Source: a virus. Taken from it: 64,000 bases of DNA. The notes below the pieces were generated by a model. It did not search any database and had not been told where the DNA came from. It saw nothing but the letters and a program-made list of their open reading frames with translations. How positions within the stretch are numbered: the first letter of the stretch is position 1; each line of letters opens with the position of its first letter. This document shows, in pieces, positions 27,047 through 36,245 of this stretch. The position numbers were made by a program, and so were the translations under genes. The stretch is from the IMG/VR virus record IMGVR_UViG_3300028831_000097, positions 1 to 64,000 of that record. One strand, written 5' to 3'.

Positions 27047-30000
27047 ATGTCAGAGTTAGTAATTACAGCCGCAGGGTTTGTGATCCAGCCTCTCGTGGAC
27101 CAACGCAACGGGCCGTGCGAGATTCGCTGGTGGTACTCGCGCTCGTTCCTTACCTCGGATAATGTTCAAATCAATTACGGTACGGGTACGACTGGATTCT
27201 GGATTACTACTCCCTGCTCGATTGCGGATGGCTTGATTACCGTCGATCAGGATACCGAGCTATGGTGTACAGACGACGCTCAGGACCCGGCACCACAATC
27301 GATCTTTCTCAGCGCGGGAATTTATTCGTCGCGCGGGAAGTTGATCCAGCAACTACAAATCTCCAGCAAGGCCCAATGGGTAGTGCCGTCGTCACTTGCG
27401 CCGACGACAACATGGGCAGACTTCTCCGCGTACAATCTCGCGGTCTTTCTCGCCAATCCGCCTTCGATCTTCTATACCGCGCCGCAGATAGATGCGCTAC
27501 TGGATCGGGCGTTCGATCAACATCCCGCGTTGGACACAGACCTCGGGACAGTCTTACTTACAATTCCAGCTGACATTCCTGCGTCACCTGTAGTCTGGGG
27601 CGCGAATGATCCCCTCGTGAGAGACGCAGTTGCAATTCAAGGTGTAGATGTCAGTGATACTGTTCCGCTCGACTCGCAGATACTCGTCTATAATCAAGCC
27701 AACAATCAGTACGAACCAGCGAATCAAGCGGCAGGTGCGGGGAACGTTACCTCGAATGAGGTGTCGTCAGTCGATGGAAACGTGACGCTCGCCTCAGGCA
27801 CGGGCGGGAAGACGATTAAGTTCGACTCGTCGGCCCACTTCGACGGCAATGGGTTATTGACTGGCGCAACTGTAGACACGCCCGCCACAGGGACGGAGAT
27901 CGCCAACAAGGACTACGTTGATTCAGCGATTGGGGGACTAGGTGCGATTCTGGCCGATGGTTCCATACCCTTCGCGGCGGACGAGTCGATGGGCGGATTC
28001 AAGCTCACGAATGTCGCAGATCCCGAGGATGATACGGACGCGGCTAACAAGGAATTCGTCCTCGCTTCAGTTGCCGCTGCCGTGCAGCAGACGCCGAATA
28101 TCTCCGCTCTTGTCTCAGGCGGAGGCGTCTTCTGGGTTGACGATTACGACTTTCAGGTAGCGGCTGCGACCTACCTGATTCAGGGAGATTTGTTTACCTC
28201 GACCGGGGACACGGTCACGCTCGATCCGGCAGATCCAACGCTGGATCGCATCGACGTGATTGCACTCGACGACACTGGGAGCGTGGTGGTCATCACCGGA
28301 ACTGCCGCGTCTCAGCCCTCTCAGCCTGATGTCGATCCGGGTACGCAGTTGCTCCTTACCTTTGTCCTCGTCACTGCGAATACTACTCAACCTGTCGGAG
28401 TGAGCAATACCGACATTTACCTTGACAACGCAGAATGGACTGCGACTACGAGTGGGTCTGGTTGGAATGTCAACTCAACAACGAATCCGTTCAGCGGGAC
28501 GAAGTGTATCGAAGGAACGAACGTCGCCAACGCAGCTTACGTGCAACTGCAAGCTCTCGCGCCACTGACGTTGGATACCTACGCCATTCTCAGTGTGTTT
28601 ATCTCGCCGAAAGCCGCATGGCCCAAAAAGCGCAGTCTCGTCTTCCAGTGGTTCAGCGCAGGCGTGGCGCTCGGCGTGCCGGTGACGATCAATACCGGAT
28701 TCTTTGGGTTTGACTCGGCGAATGCGACTTACCAGTTGCTCGCAATTCCAATTGCTCAATTTGCTATTCCCGCTGCGACTTCGCTAAACCAGCTACGCAT
28801 CACCGATCAAGGCGGCGCAATTGGGATGTTCGTCGATAACGTCGTATTGCAGGCGAATGGTTCTTCAATTGGCCCACCAATAGCTTCAGGAATCACTCAA
28901 GCGCAGGCGGATGCGAGATACCTGCAGCAGGCGAATAATTTGAGCGACGTAGCGAGCGCCAGTACGGCCCGCACAAACATCGGAGCGCAGGCTGGCCCGC
29001 TAACAGGCGATGTGACCACGAGTGGAGCAGCGGCAACACTGGCCAACACCGCAGTCACACCGGGCAGCTACACGAACACGAACCTGACAGTCGATGCGAA
29101 AGGACGCATCACCGCCGCAGCAAATGGAGCCGCTGGACCGGGATCGAGCATTCCGACAACGGTTCAGGGGGATACGCTCTACGCTTCAGCACCTGATACT
29201 CTCTCCGCGCTGGCGAAGGATACGAATGCGACGAGATATTTGAGCAACACCGGAGCAAGTAACAATCCCGCATGGGCACAGGTTGCGCTCTCGACTGGGA
29301 TCTCAGGATTTGGAACCGGAGTAGCAGCTGCGCTCGCAACAAATGTTGGTTCTGCCGGTGCTCCCGTCGTCAATGGCGGCGCATTGGGAACGCCGTCGTC
29401 GGGAACACTGAGCGCATGTACGGGTCTGCCGGTCTCATCGGGAATCACCGGACTTGGGACTGGGGTTGCCGCGGCACTGGCGGTTAATATCGGTTCGGCG
29501 GGCGCGTTTGTCGCGTTCAATGGAGCACTTGGAACGCCGTCAAGCGGCACGCTTTCAAGTTGCTCGGGCTTGCCAATCTCTACCGGCGTGAGCGGACTGG
29601 GATCAAACGTTGCAACTTTCCTCGCTACACCGTCAAGCGCAAACCTCGCAGCCGCAGTCACAGATGAAACGGGAAGTGGATTGCTGGTCTTCGCCACCTC
29701 GCCGGTGTTCAGTACTGACATTACGCTTCCAAATAGCTCATCACCCACCACGGGATCAGTGGCTAAAGTCGCCTTCGACACCGATGCATGGGCTGCCAGT
29801 CGCGGTGCGGTGCAAGTGCATGACGGTACGGCTAACACATATCTCGTCGGCGTGTTGGCCTCTGATACTCCAAGCAACGGGCAAGTGCCAACTTGGAATA
29901 CAGGGGGAACGGTGACATGGGAGACGCCCAGCAGTGGCGGTACGTTTAATTCCACGACGGGTGCGACGCCCTACCTGTCAGCTACGAACGTGTTCAGCGA

Positions 30001-31186
30001 CTCGCCTCTATTCAGGGAAGACGCCGATACGCTTGCCCAGCGACATGGTACTACTAATCAAACTTTTCTCGTTTACCAATCCTTCACCAGCAGCACAAAC
30101 TACTCCCGCCTGCGTCTTTACGGTGACGGAACATCGATAGGCTTACTCAGTGAGAAAGGATCAGGTGGAGGTAGTTTCCAGCACGTCATCCTCGGCAATA
30201 CGAGCAATGGCTACTGGCGTATTCGCGGCGACAACGGCCAACTGGAACCGAGCGGTAATAACAATATCAATCTCGCCACGAGCGGGTCAGGTAGTATCAC
30301 CAGCGGCGGCAACGTGCAGGCAGCGCAAACCTCGGCTTTTCTCTTCTCAAGTGAAGCGCGGCTCAAGGCGGGTGGTAATGGATACTCAATCAGCATAATC
30401 GATTCAGGCGGCACAAACGCCGGAACGATTGTAATGGGATTTCGGGATTACACCGCATCTTCCGGCTCGACTAATAATCCTGATTTCGGTACTGGGGCAT
30501 TTGGAGTACGAGTTTCTCCCAACGCAGCCGGATCGACCCTCACTGGCTGTCGGGATGTTACTGTTAGTGGAGAACTCCATCGTCTTTACAATGTAAGCAC
30601 CGCATTGCTCACCCTCGCCAACCAGAACACCGGCAGCACAGCGGGAAATCGCTGGTTGTCGAACACCGGGATGGACATTAATCTCGCCGCCGATGAGGTT
30701 GCGCTTTACCAGAATGATGGTTCGACTGCGCGACAGAGGGTGGGGAAGTTCCAGACCTTTGACACGGCAGTGGTGACTACTCAATTCGACAAAACTTCGG
30801 ATGTCACACTCGCTAACATAACGATGGACCGGACGTTTAACGTCTCGGCGTCGCGCACTTATGAATTTGAGGCGATTCTCTACACGTCGAGCAATATCGC
30901 AGGCGGAGTGCAGTTTGCTATTGCCGGGACTGCAACTGCGACTGCGATCGTCTATGAAGCAGTAGTCTTCAGTGCTGCCACACTGGCCGCGGAAACACGC
31001 GCGACGGCATTAGGTACAGCAGTCGGCGGCATTACGGCAGTCACGGCGGCCTACGTTCGCATCACCGGCATGATCACAGTGAATGCGGCAGGGACGTTGA
31101 CTGTTCAGTTCGCCCAGAACGCAAGTAACGGGACCGCATCATCCGTGCTGGTGGGTTCAATTTTTCGGGTAAATAAAATCAGATGA
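27047..31186 (+). CDS. Large tail fibre protein (1379 aa)
   Basis: Size, Gly/Ser/Thr/Ala-rich composition, internal 48-aa tandem repeats, and a fibre cassette shared with 21301..21897. Confidence 0.75.
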   Translation: MSELVITAAGFVIQPLVDQRNGPCEIRWWYSRSFLTSDNVQINYGTGTTGFWITTPCSIADGLITVDQDTELWCTDDAQDPAPQSIFLSAGIYSSRGKLIQQLQISSKAQWVVPSSLAPTTTWADFSAYNLAVFLANPPSIFYTAPQIDALLDRAFDQHPALDTDLGTVLLTIPADIPASPVVWGANDPLVRDAVAIQGVDVSDTVPLDSQILVYNQANNQYEPANQAAGAGNVTSNEVSSVDGNVTLASGTGGKTIKFDSSAHFDGNGLLTGATVDTPATGTEIANKDYVDSAIGGLGAILADGSIPFAADESMGGFKLTNVADPEDDTDAANKEFVLASVAAAVQQTPNISALVSGGGVFWVDDYDFQVAAATYLIQGDLFTSTGDTVTLDPADPTLDRIDVIALDDTGSVVVITGTAASQPSQPDVDPGTQLLLTFVLVTANTTQPVGVSNTDIYLDNAEWTATTSGSGWNVNSTTNPFSGTKCIEGTNVANAAYVQLQALAPLTLDTYAILSVFISPKAAWPKKRSLVFQWFSAGVALGVPVTINTGFFGFDSANATYQLLAIPIAQFAIPAATSLNQLRITDQGGAIGMFVDNVVLQANGSSIGPPIASGITQAQADARYLQQANNLSDVASASTARTNIGAQAGPLTGDVTTSGAAATLANTAVTPGSYTNTNLTVDAKGRITAAANGAAGPGSSIPTTVQGDTLYASAPDTLSALAKDTNATRYLSNTGASNNPAWAQVALSTGISGFGTGVAAALATNVGSAGAPVVNGGALGTPSSGTLSACTGLPVSSGITGLGTGVAAALAVNIGSAGAFVAFNGALGTPSSGTLSSCSGLPISTGVSGLGSNVATFLATPSSANLAAAVTDETGSGLLVFATSPVFSTDITLPNSSSPTTGSVAKVAFDTDAWAASRGAVQVHDGTANTYLVGVLASDTPSNGQVPTWNTGGTVTWETPSSGGTFNSTTGATPYLSATNVFSDSPLFREDADTLAQRHGTTNQTFLVYQSFTSSTNYSRLRLYGDGTSIGLLSEKGSGGGSFQHVILGNTSNGYWRIRGDNGQLEPSGNNNINLATSGSGSITSGGNVQAAQTSAFLFSSEARLKAGGNGYSISIIDSGGTNAGTIVMGFRDYTASSGSTNNPDFGTGAFGVRVSPNAAGSTLTGCRDVTVSGELHRLYNVSTALLTLANQNTGSTAGNRWLSNTGMDINLAADEVALYQNDGSTARQRVGKFQTFDTAVVTTQFDKTSDVTLANITMDRTFNVSASRTYEFEAILYTSSNIAGGVQFAIAGTATATAIVYEAVVFSAATLAAETRATALGTAVGGITAVTAAYVRITGMITVNAAGTLTVQFAQNASNGTASSVLVGSIFRVNKIR
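29297..29640 (+). repeat. In-frame tandem repeat, 144-nt period, about 2.4 copies, inside the fibre gene
   Basis: Units start at 29297, 29441 and 29585. Consensus is G(I/V)(S/T)G(F/L)G(T/S)(G/N)VA..LA..(V/I)GSAGA.V..NGALGTPSSGTLS.C.GLP(V/I)S. Confidence 0.8.
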
Positions 31187-31368
31187 CCATTCAGGAACGA
31201 ATCACACAACTTGAAGCAGAACTGCAACAAGCTCAGTTACAAATCCAGCAATGGAACGAAATACGCTTACGGACCGAAGGCGCATTGTTCATTGTTCGGA
31301 AAATCAAAGAGGAAGAAGATGCGACGACTACTGATACTAATCCTGCTCCTGCCGGGGATGGCGTATAG
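31183..31368 (+). CDS. Small coiled-coil protein, possibly a fibre assembly factor
   Basis: ATGA overlap with the fibre stop; 61 aa with a heptad-like LQQAQLQIQQ. Confidence 0.4.
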   Translation: MTIQERITQLEAELQQAQLQIQQWNEIRLRTEGALFIVRKIKEEEDATTTDTNPAPAGDGV

Positions 31369-31381
31369 CCAAGCGGCCAAT

Positions 31382-31960
31382 CTACTTTCTAAGATACATT
31401 CCTTTCGAGTCAGGTCTCCAAGTCTTGCCTCGACAGATATAACCAATAGTTGCGCAGTGAATATTGAGTTGACGGCCAATTTGCACATACGTAAAAGAGC
31501 CAGTGGCGTAAAGTTCTCGAATTTTAGCAACTTGTGCAAGGGTTAACTTCTCGCGGCGTTTGCCGCCCTCGGAATCTTTTCGGTATTTAGCGCGGTCGCA
31601 GGAGATACACCACGAGAGATAGGCGCGACGGTCTTTGGGATTTTGTCGCTTCCAAAATTCAGTTAGAGGTTTAATTAAATGACACTTCGAGCATTCTTTG
31701 CTGGTATCATCTTGAAACGACCCGTGAAGATACCGATGGTGAGCACGATCTGTAATTTCAAGATTGTCCAGATCATTGTTCAGTTTATTGTCGTCTTTGT
31801 GATGGACTATCTCACTTGGCAAAAGCCTTCGGCCAAGCGCCAGTTCCATAACCAGTCGATGTTCCCGAATTGTTCGCCCGTTAATGGTCCAGACGCGGTA
31901 GCCCTTGCCGTTGTCTTCAATGTGGGACGAGCAGGATATGGTAGGGTAGGGTCGAGCCAT
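31382..31960 (-). CDS. HNH homing endonuclease
   Basis: Antisense, located between two fibre genes. ATG at 31960 with AAGGAG 6 nt upstream. Motifs EHRLVME, VHHKDDNKLNNDLDNLE and HHRYLH. Confidence 0.8.
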   Translation of the reverse strand: MARPYPTISCSSHIEDNGKGYRVWTINGRTIREHRLVMELALGRRLLPSEIVHHKDDNKLNNDLDNLEITDRAHHRYLHGSFQDDTSKECSKCHLIKPLTEFWKRQNPKDRRAYLSWCISCDRAKYRKDSEGGKRREKLTLAQVAKIRELYATGSFTYVQIGRQLNIHCATIGYICRGKTWRPDSKGMYLRK

Positions 31961-32002
31961 CAAGGTCTCCTTCATAGACTTTGTTGGTTACGGCTCAGCC
32001 GA

Positions 32003-33553
32003 ATGTCAAAAGCGTTCAGCTGGGCCTTCGTTATTATTATAGCATCGTTTATGTCCGTACAAGGGCAGGCATCATCGCAGTGGCGACAGGTCACGTATGC
32101 TAATCTAGGCGTTCCGGCTGAGAATCAGACTCGCTACTGTACCGACTGCCAGCCAACCGCGCCGTGTACGAGCGGCGGGCGCGGCGCTTATGCGGTGCGG
32201 GCGCAAACAGGAGCTTCGACTTTCACGTGGAACTGTTCAATCTTTGAACCTAGCGGCGGAGGCACAGGGGACGTGACCTCGGATACGTCCACTGCATCCG
32301 TGGGCCAAGTGGCAATCTTCTCCAGCACTACAGGTAAACAAATTGGCAGGTTCACTTCTTCAGGCTGGGTCAAAGCCACGGGCGGCATACTGAGCACAGT
32401 TGCATCAATTAACGCCGCTACTGACATCACTGGAAATCTCCCGATTGCAAATCTCAACTCAGGCTCCAACGCCTCTTCTCTCACTTTCTGGCGCGGGGAC
32501 GGTACATGGGCGACTCCGGCAGGTGGAGGTACAGTTACTTCCGTCTCAGCCACAAGCGGAGTGAGTGGGTTAAGCTTCTCGGTGAGCACCGCTACCTCCA
32601 CTCCCTCCATCGTCATGACCGGCGTGCCCAATATCAACGCGTCGAACGTGACGGGCGGAGTGCTGAATGTTGCGCGACTGGGCACGGGTAGTCCGTCGTC
32701 ATCGAACTTTCTCCGTGGAGATGGGACGTGGGCTGCGACAGGTGCGGGAATCGGTTCAGTGACAAGCGTGGGACTTAGCTTGCCGAATCTATTCTCAGTG
32801 AGTGGATCGCCTGTGACTACGACAGGGACCCTCACCGCCATGCTCGCAACCCAATCCGCCAATCAACTCCTCGCCGGGCCTGCGACAGGCTCAGCGGCGA
32901 CTCCATCGTTTCGCGCGCTGGTTGCGGCGGATATTCCCAGTCTGGACGCGACGAAGATTGCATCGGGTACCGTAGCGACCGCACGGCTCGGTTCCGGCTC
33001 AGCTTCATCCTCAACCTGTCTCAAGGGCGATCAAACATGGGGTACATGTAGCGGCAGTGGGACACCGGGAGGGAGTAGTACGCAGATCCAGTTCAACAAC
33101 TCATCCTCGTTCGGGGGTGCGGCAAACTTTCTCTTCAACTCAGTTACAGGTCAGGTAACACTCAACCAGTCAGGGAACGGGAATAACGCATTGTACGGGA
33201 AGCGTGTTACCGATTCAGCGCCAACCGGCAATCTCATCCTGTTTCAAAATCAGGCCGCATCCGTGGATCTGTTCAAGGTGGATATCAACGGTACTGCAAC
33301 CCTTGCCGGAGCGATGAACTTCAACTCGGCAAGCGGGACGGACGGCGTGCTGAAGGTGAACGCGCCGGACACCGCCCCAACTGCAGGTGGCGCACTACAA
33401 CTCACCTCGGGAACAAGGCCAACCTGCGTGGAAGCGCTTCGCGGAACTTTTTACTATGTTGCCGGAGGGACAGGCGTAGCAGATACATTACAAGCCTGCG
33501 TGAAGAATTCTTCAAATGCTTTTGCATGGGTAAACGTGGCGACGATTCCATGA
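32003..33553 (+). CDS. Tail-fibre-like protein with an N-terminal Sec-type signal-peptide-like segment
   Basis: ATG at 32003; the 31679 start in the ORF track would overlap the antisense HNH gene. N-terminus MSKAFSWAFVIIIASFMSVQGQA. Three dispersed repeats end in F(L/W)RGDGTWA or LKGDQTWG. Confidence 0.6.
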   Translation: MSKAFSWAFVIIIASFMSVQGQASSQWRQVTYANLGVPAENQTRYCTDCQPTAPCTSGGRGAYAVRAQTGASTFTWNCSIFEPSGGGTGDVTSDTSTASVGQVAIFSSTTGKQIGRFTSSGWVKATGGILSTVASINAATDITGNLPIANLNSGSNASSLTFWRGDGTWATPAGGGTVTSVSATSGVSGLSFSVSTATSTPSIVMTGVPNINASNVTGGVLNVARLGTGSPSSSNFLRGDGTWAATGAGIGSVTSVGLSLPNLFSVSGSPVTTTGTLTAMLATQSANQLLAGPATGSAATPSFRALVAADIPSLDATKIASGTVATARLGSGSASSSTCLKGDQTWGTCSGSGTPGGSSTQIQFNNSSSFGGAANFLFNSVTGQVTLNQSGNGNNALYGKRVTDSAPTGNLILFQNQAASVDLFKVDINGTATLAGAMNFNSASGTDGVLKVNAPDTAPTAGGALQLTSGTRPTCVEALRGTFYYVAGGTGVADTLQACVKNSSNAFAWVNVATIP

Positions 33554-35040
33554 TCCGACACCTTCTGTACGTACTGCTATTCATCCCGTTCGCCTCTGTC
33601 TCTATCTCCGCGCAGGCCGTTTCTTTCCCGTCCGCTGAAGTTGAATTCATCATTGGTCCGCAAGTAACAAGCGGCTCGGCAACTCTTCCCGGGGCAACGT
33701 GGTTTGACTCGAATGCAATCGAGAAGGGACTGCAATTCGGCGCGGCGTTTCCCTCTGCTCCTCCATACCACGTTCTGAGCGGCACGCTCTCCCTCGCTCA
33801 CGGTTCAGCAGTCGTCACCGGGACGGGCACGTCATTTCTCACCGATTTCCCTGCCCCGATCAATCGCTTCAATGTCTATATTCGCGCGGCAGACGGCACA
33901 CTACAAACCTGCTTTCTTGCCTCGGTGAACAGCGACACCTCTCTCACTCTCAGCCAGTCATGGCAACCAACGACACAGTCAGGCCGCACTTTCTCCACTG
34001 CAACCGGAGATGAGTCAAACGCGTTCCTGGACGCAAACTACTATGATCAGGCAATGGTGCAGTACATCAACTACTACCGCACCGGCGATGTGAGATTTCG
34101 CGACTATGCCCGCAAGATCGCCGACTCGTGGTGGCAGGCATCGTTTATCGACGAAGGCAGGACTCCGTTTACGAATCAGATCGCCCCAAGAAGCGTGAGC
34201 CTGAACGGATTGATGCTGCGGGCGCTCGATGGGCGGCCGGAGATGTGGCCGTGGATAGTTGACTTTACTCGACAGGCGTTTGATCTCTGGGTAGGACAAC
34301 GAATCAACGGAGATGGGTTGTACTTCGGCGCACGGGAGGGCGGGTATATGCTCCTGTTCGCGGCGAACGTAGCCAGAACCCATCCCGACGCTGTAATCCG
34401 AGTCGAGTTTCAGGCGAAGGCGCTGGATGCGGCAGTCAACTATTACGCACGCCTGCAACTTGCTGACGGCACTTGGCGGTGGCTGGACCCGGATTTCTGG
34501 ATCGGGAACGCAGAGCAGCCGTTCCATGTCGGCATCTTACTTGAAGGCATGATCGCCACACATCGTCTCACGGCAAACACAACTGTTCGTATGTCGATTC
34601 TTAAGGCCGTCGAAGGGCTTTATCTCGTCGGCTACAATCCAGTTAACTGGGATGCGATGTACTATCAGGTTGGCGGTACATGGACGGATGGGACGAATTG
34701 TGCTGCCGGGTGCGGCTTGGCTAGTGGTCCCTATCCCGGTACATACTTCGGCGCGGTAGCGGATGCGCGGCAACTGAACGCGACCTGTATTCACTCATTT
34801 GGCTATGCTTACGCGCTCACCGCAGATCCAAAGTACGTCGCTTGGGGAGACGAGATCTTCACGGCGTCCTTCGGTGCGGAGCGGGGGTTTCGTCTGCTCG
34901 CATGGTTCAACGAGAAAACCTATGACGAGGCGTATCGCACTGGCGGTCGCTACCTCGCATGGAGAGAGACGGTCCCCGTGCGGAGAGTGGAACTACAGGG
35001 CCGGGTGAAGCTGAGTGGGAAGTCAGGAGTGAGTCCGTGA
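33550..35040 (+). CDS. Signal-peptide protein with helical-repeat (alpha/alpha-toroid-like) features; possible polysaccharide-degrading enzyme
   Basis: ATGA overlap. N-terminus MIRHLLYVLLFIPFASVSISAQA. Repeated aromatic-rich helical segments (WWQASF, GGYMLLFAAN, DGTWRW, FHVGILLEGM). The fold call is by eye only. Confidence 0.3.
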   Translation: MIRHLLYVLLFIPFASVSISAQAVSFPSAEVEFIIGPQVTSGSATLPGATWFDSNAIEKGLQFGAAFPSAPPYHVLSGTLSLAHGSAVVTGTGTSFLTDFPAPINRFNVYIRAADGTLQTCFLASVNSDTSLTLSQSWQPTTQSGRTFSTATGDESNAFLDANYYDQAMVQYINYYRTGDVRFRDYARKIADSWWQASFIDEGRTPFTNQIAPRSVSLNGLMLRALDGRPEMWPWIVDFTRQAFDLWVGQRINGDGLYFGAREGGYMLLFAANVARTHPDAVIRVEFQAKALDAAVNYYARLQLADGTWRWLDPDFWIGNAEQPFHVGILLEGMIATHRLTANTTVRMSILKAVEGLYLVGYNPVNWDAMYYQVGGTWTDGTNCAAGCGLASGPYPGTYFGAVADARQLNATCIHSFGYAYALTADPKYVAWGDEIFTASFGAERGFRLLAWFNEKTYDEAYRTGGRYLAWRETVPVRRVELQGRVKLSGKSGVSP

Positions 35041-35120
35041 AGGTAGACGTGCCGTCAGCGCAACTTTCTCTATTCGTTTAGTAGAAGATGATGATAAGAT
35101 GCGCACGGGAGGAAGTGGCA

Positions 35121-35270
35121 ATGGGTACTGATTTTAAGCCTGATTACAAGGAAGAGCAATGTCACTATTGCAAGCATTGGTACCCCGCTCCAGTGGGCCA
35201 TTACCACGCTGAGGAAGAGTGTTTGGCTAATCAACGAACCACAGAAAGGAAAGTAAATGGCATCCCTTAA
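35121..35270 (+). CDS. Hypothetical 49-aa Cys/His-rich protein
   Basis: GGGAGG lies 8 nt upstream of ATG 35121; contains CHYCKH...H.H...C. Confidence 0.3.
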   Translation: MGTDFKPDYKEEQCHYCKHWYPAPVGHYHAEEECLANQRTTERKVNGIP

Positions 35271-35499
35271 TCCGATATACCAAATTCTTGTACCTGCGGG
35301 AATGATCTCCATCGGCACTTACCTACAAGGTAAAGACGCGAACAGGACCGGAGCGGATGACGCGGTAGGCCAGATTCTCGTTGCCGCAGCCCCGGCAGTT
35401 ACCGCCGCGCTCGATGGTTCTCAGGGGGGACCAGCCGTAAAGCGTGCAATGACCGCCATTCGGGATGCGGCTCAATCGTACTTGGATTCAAGTGCTTAA
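35257..35499 (+). CDS. Hypothetical small hydrophobic protein (holin candidate)
   Basis: 80 aa with hydrophobic stretches ILVPAGMISIGTY and ILVAAAPAVTAAL. Confidence 0.4.
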   Translation: MASLNPIYQILVPAGMISIGTYLQGKDANRTGADDAVGQILVAAAPAVTAALDGSQGGPAVKRAMTAIRDAAQSYLDSSA

Positions 35500-35544
35500 A
35501 CGGGCGCTCTAAGTAGCTACTGATTTTATCCTCAAAGGAAAACA

Positions 35545-35661
35545 ATGACTCTTTGTGAAATAGCACTAGCCAGACGGTTCTATGATCTCGAACGGAAAGC
35601 CCCGAACCGCAACTTCGCTAAGGACCATTCATTTGAGGAGTGGTTGGAGCGGAGGGGATAG
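35545..35661 (+). CDS. Hypothetical 38-aa protein
   Basis: My own translation gives MTLCEIALARRFYDLERKAPNRNFAKDHSFEEWLERRG; AAAGGAAAA upstream. Confidence 0.25.
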   Translation: MTLCEIALARRFYDLERKAPNRNFAKDHSFEEWLERRG

Positions 35662-35667
35662 TCGAGA

Positions 35668-36084
35668 ATGATCGCGTCACTTCTCTTTCTGATCCTCTCA
35701 ATCCCGCAGGAGCCGAAGATCGTCACCTGCATCTACAGCAAGCCCAACGAGTCGGTTAATTGCGTCCAGACGTTCACTAAGCGCAGGCTGACTGGAGTCA
35801 TCTTCCCAGTGAGTGATATCGATCTGACGGAGTGGCGACTCACGGCCCCGCTACAAGGGGAGAGCGTGAATTCCGATGCTCCGTTATTCGAAGTTGACTT
35901 GGTTGACAAACAGCAAGTCAAAGCCATCGTTGACGGTGAGAAGCTAATCCCCGTAGCGAGTTGCAAGGTGAGAGTGTGGCGGAAGTTGAAGGATTACACT
36001 GCGAACCACCCCGGCGAGAGGGTTCCGCTCACGTTGCGGACTGAGCCGGATGATTGTCAGCCGTGGTACGGGAAACAGCCATGA
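35668..36084 (+). CDS. Hypothetical protein with an N-terminal hydrophobic or signal segment
   Basis: GGAGGGG RBS; N-terminus MIASLLFLILSIP. Confidence 0.5.
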   Translation: MIASLLFLILSIPQEPKIVTCIYSKPNESVNCVQTFTKRRLTGVIFPVSDIDLTEWRLTAPLQGESVNSDAPLFEVDLVDKQQVKAIVDGEKLIPVASCKVRVWRKLKDYTANHPGERVPLTLRTEPDDCQPWYGKQP

Positions 36085-36233
36085 GTACAAAAGACTACAC
36101 ACCTAACGAAGCTGATCACTCAACAGGCTGGCTACTCGTAGCGCTGGGTGAGCTAGGCGCTATCATCCTGATGATCTGGATGGCTATTGGGGTAAGTAGG
36201 GAGATCCTGAGCTTCCTGACGCTGACGCACTGA
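36081..36233 (+). CDS. Hypothetical 50-aa single-pass membrane protein
   Basis: ATGA overlap. Own translation has TM segment WLLVALGELGAIILMIWMAIGV. Below the ORF-track cutoff. Confidence 0.45.
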   Translation: MSTKDYTPNEADHSTGWLLVALGELGAIILMIWMAIGVSREILSFLTLTH

Positions 36234-36245
36234 GAATCCAGCCCC

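Noticed and set aside
29179-29955. The 258-aa minus-strand ORF inside the large fibre gene. Similar long antisense ORFs include 106..432, 6775..7509, 18764..19387, 23524..24098, 32188..32862 and 36470..37102 on the minus strand, and 47292..47786, 50420..51045 and 56677..57300 on the plus strand.
   Set aside because: These are shadow ORFs on the strand opposite well-supported genes. They have low-complexity Ala/Pro/Ser/Arg-rich translations, no RBS and no operon context.
31679-32002. The longer start (31679) for the second fibre gene
   Set aside because: It runs antisense through the whole HNH gene and gives an implausible N-terminus. ATG 32003 lies just past the HNH start and gives a signal-peptide-like N-terminus.
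27047-33553. A diversity-generating retroelement (TR/VR pair) in the fibre genes
   Set aside because: There is no reverse transcriptase in the window. The shared fibre cassettes are similar at the protein level but diverged at many nucleotide positions, not only at adenines.
35070-35318. The minus-strand 82-aa hydrophobic ORF in the late module
   Set aside because: It is antisense to two coupled + strand ORFs, has no RBS, and stands alone in orientation without the endonuclease-type motifs seen in the other antisense genes.
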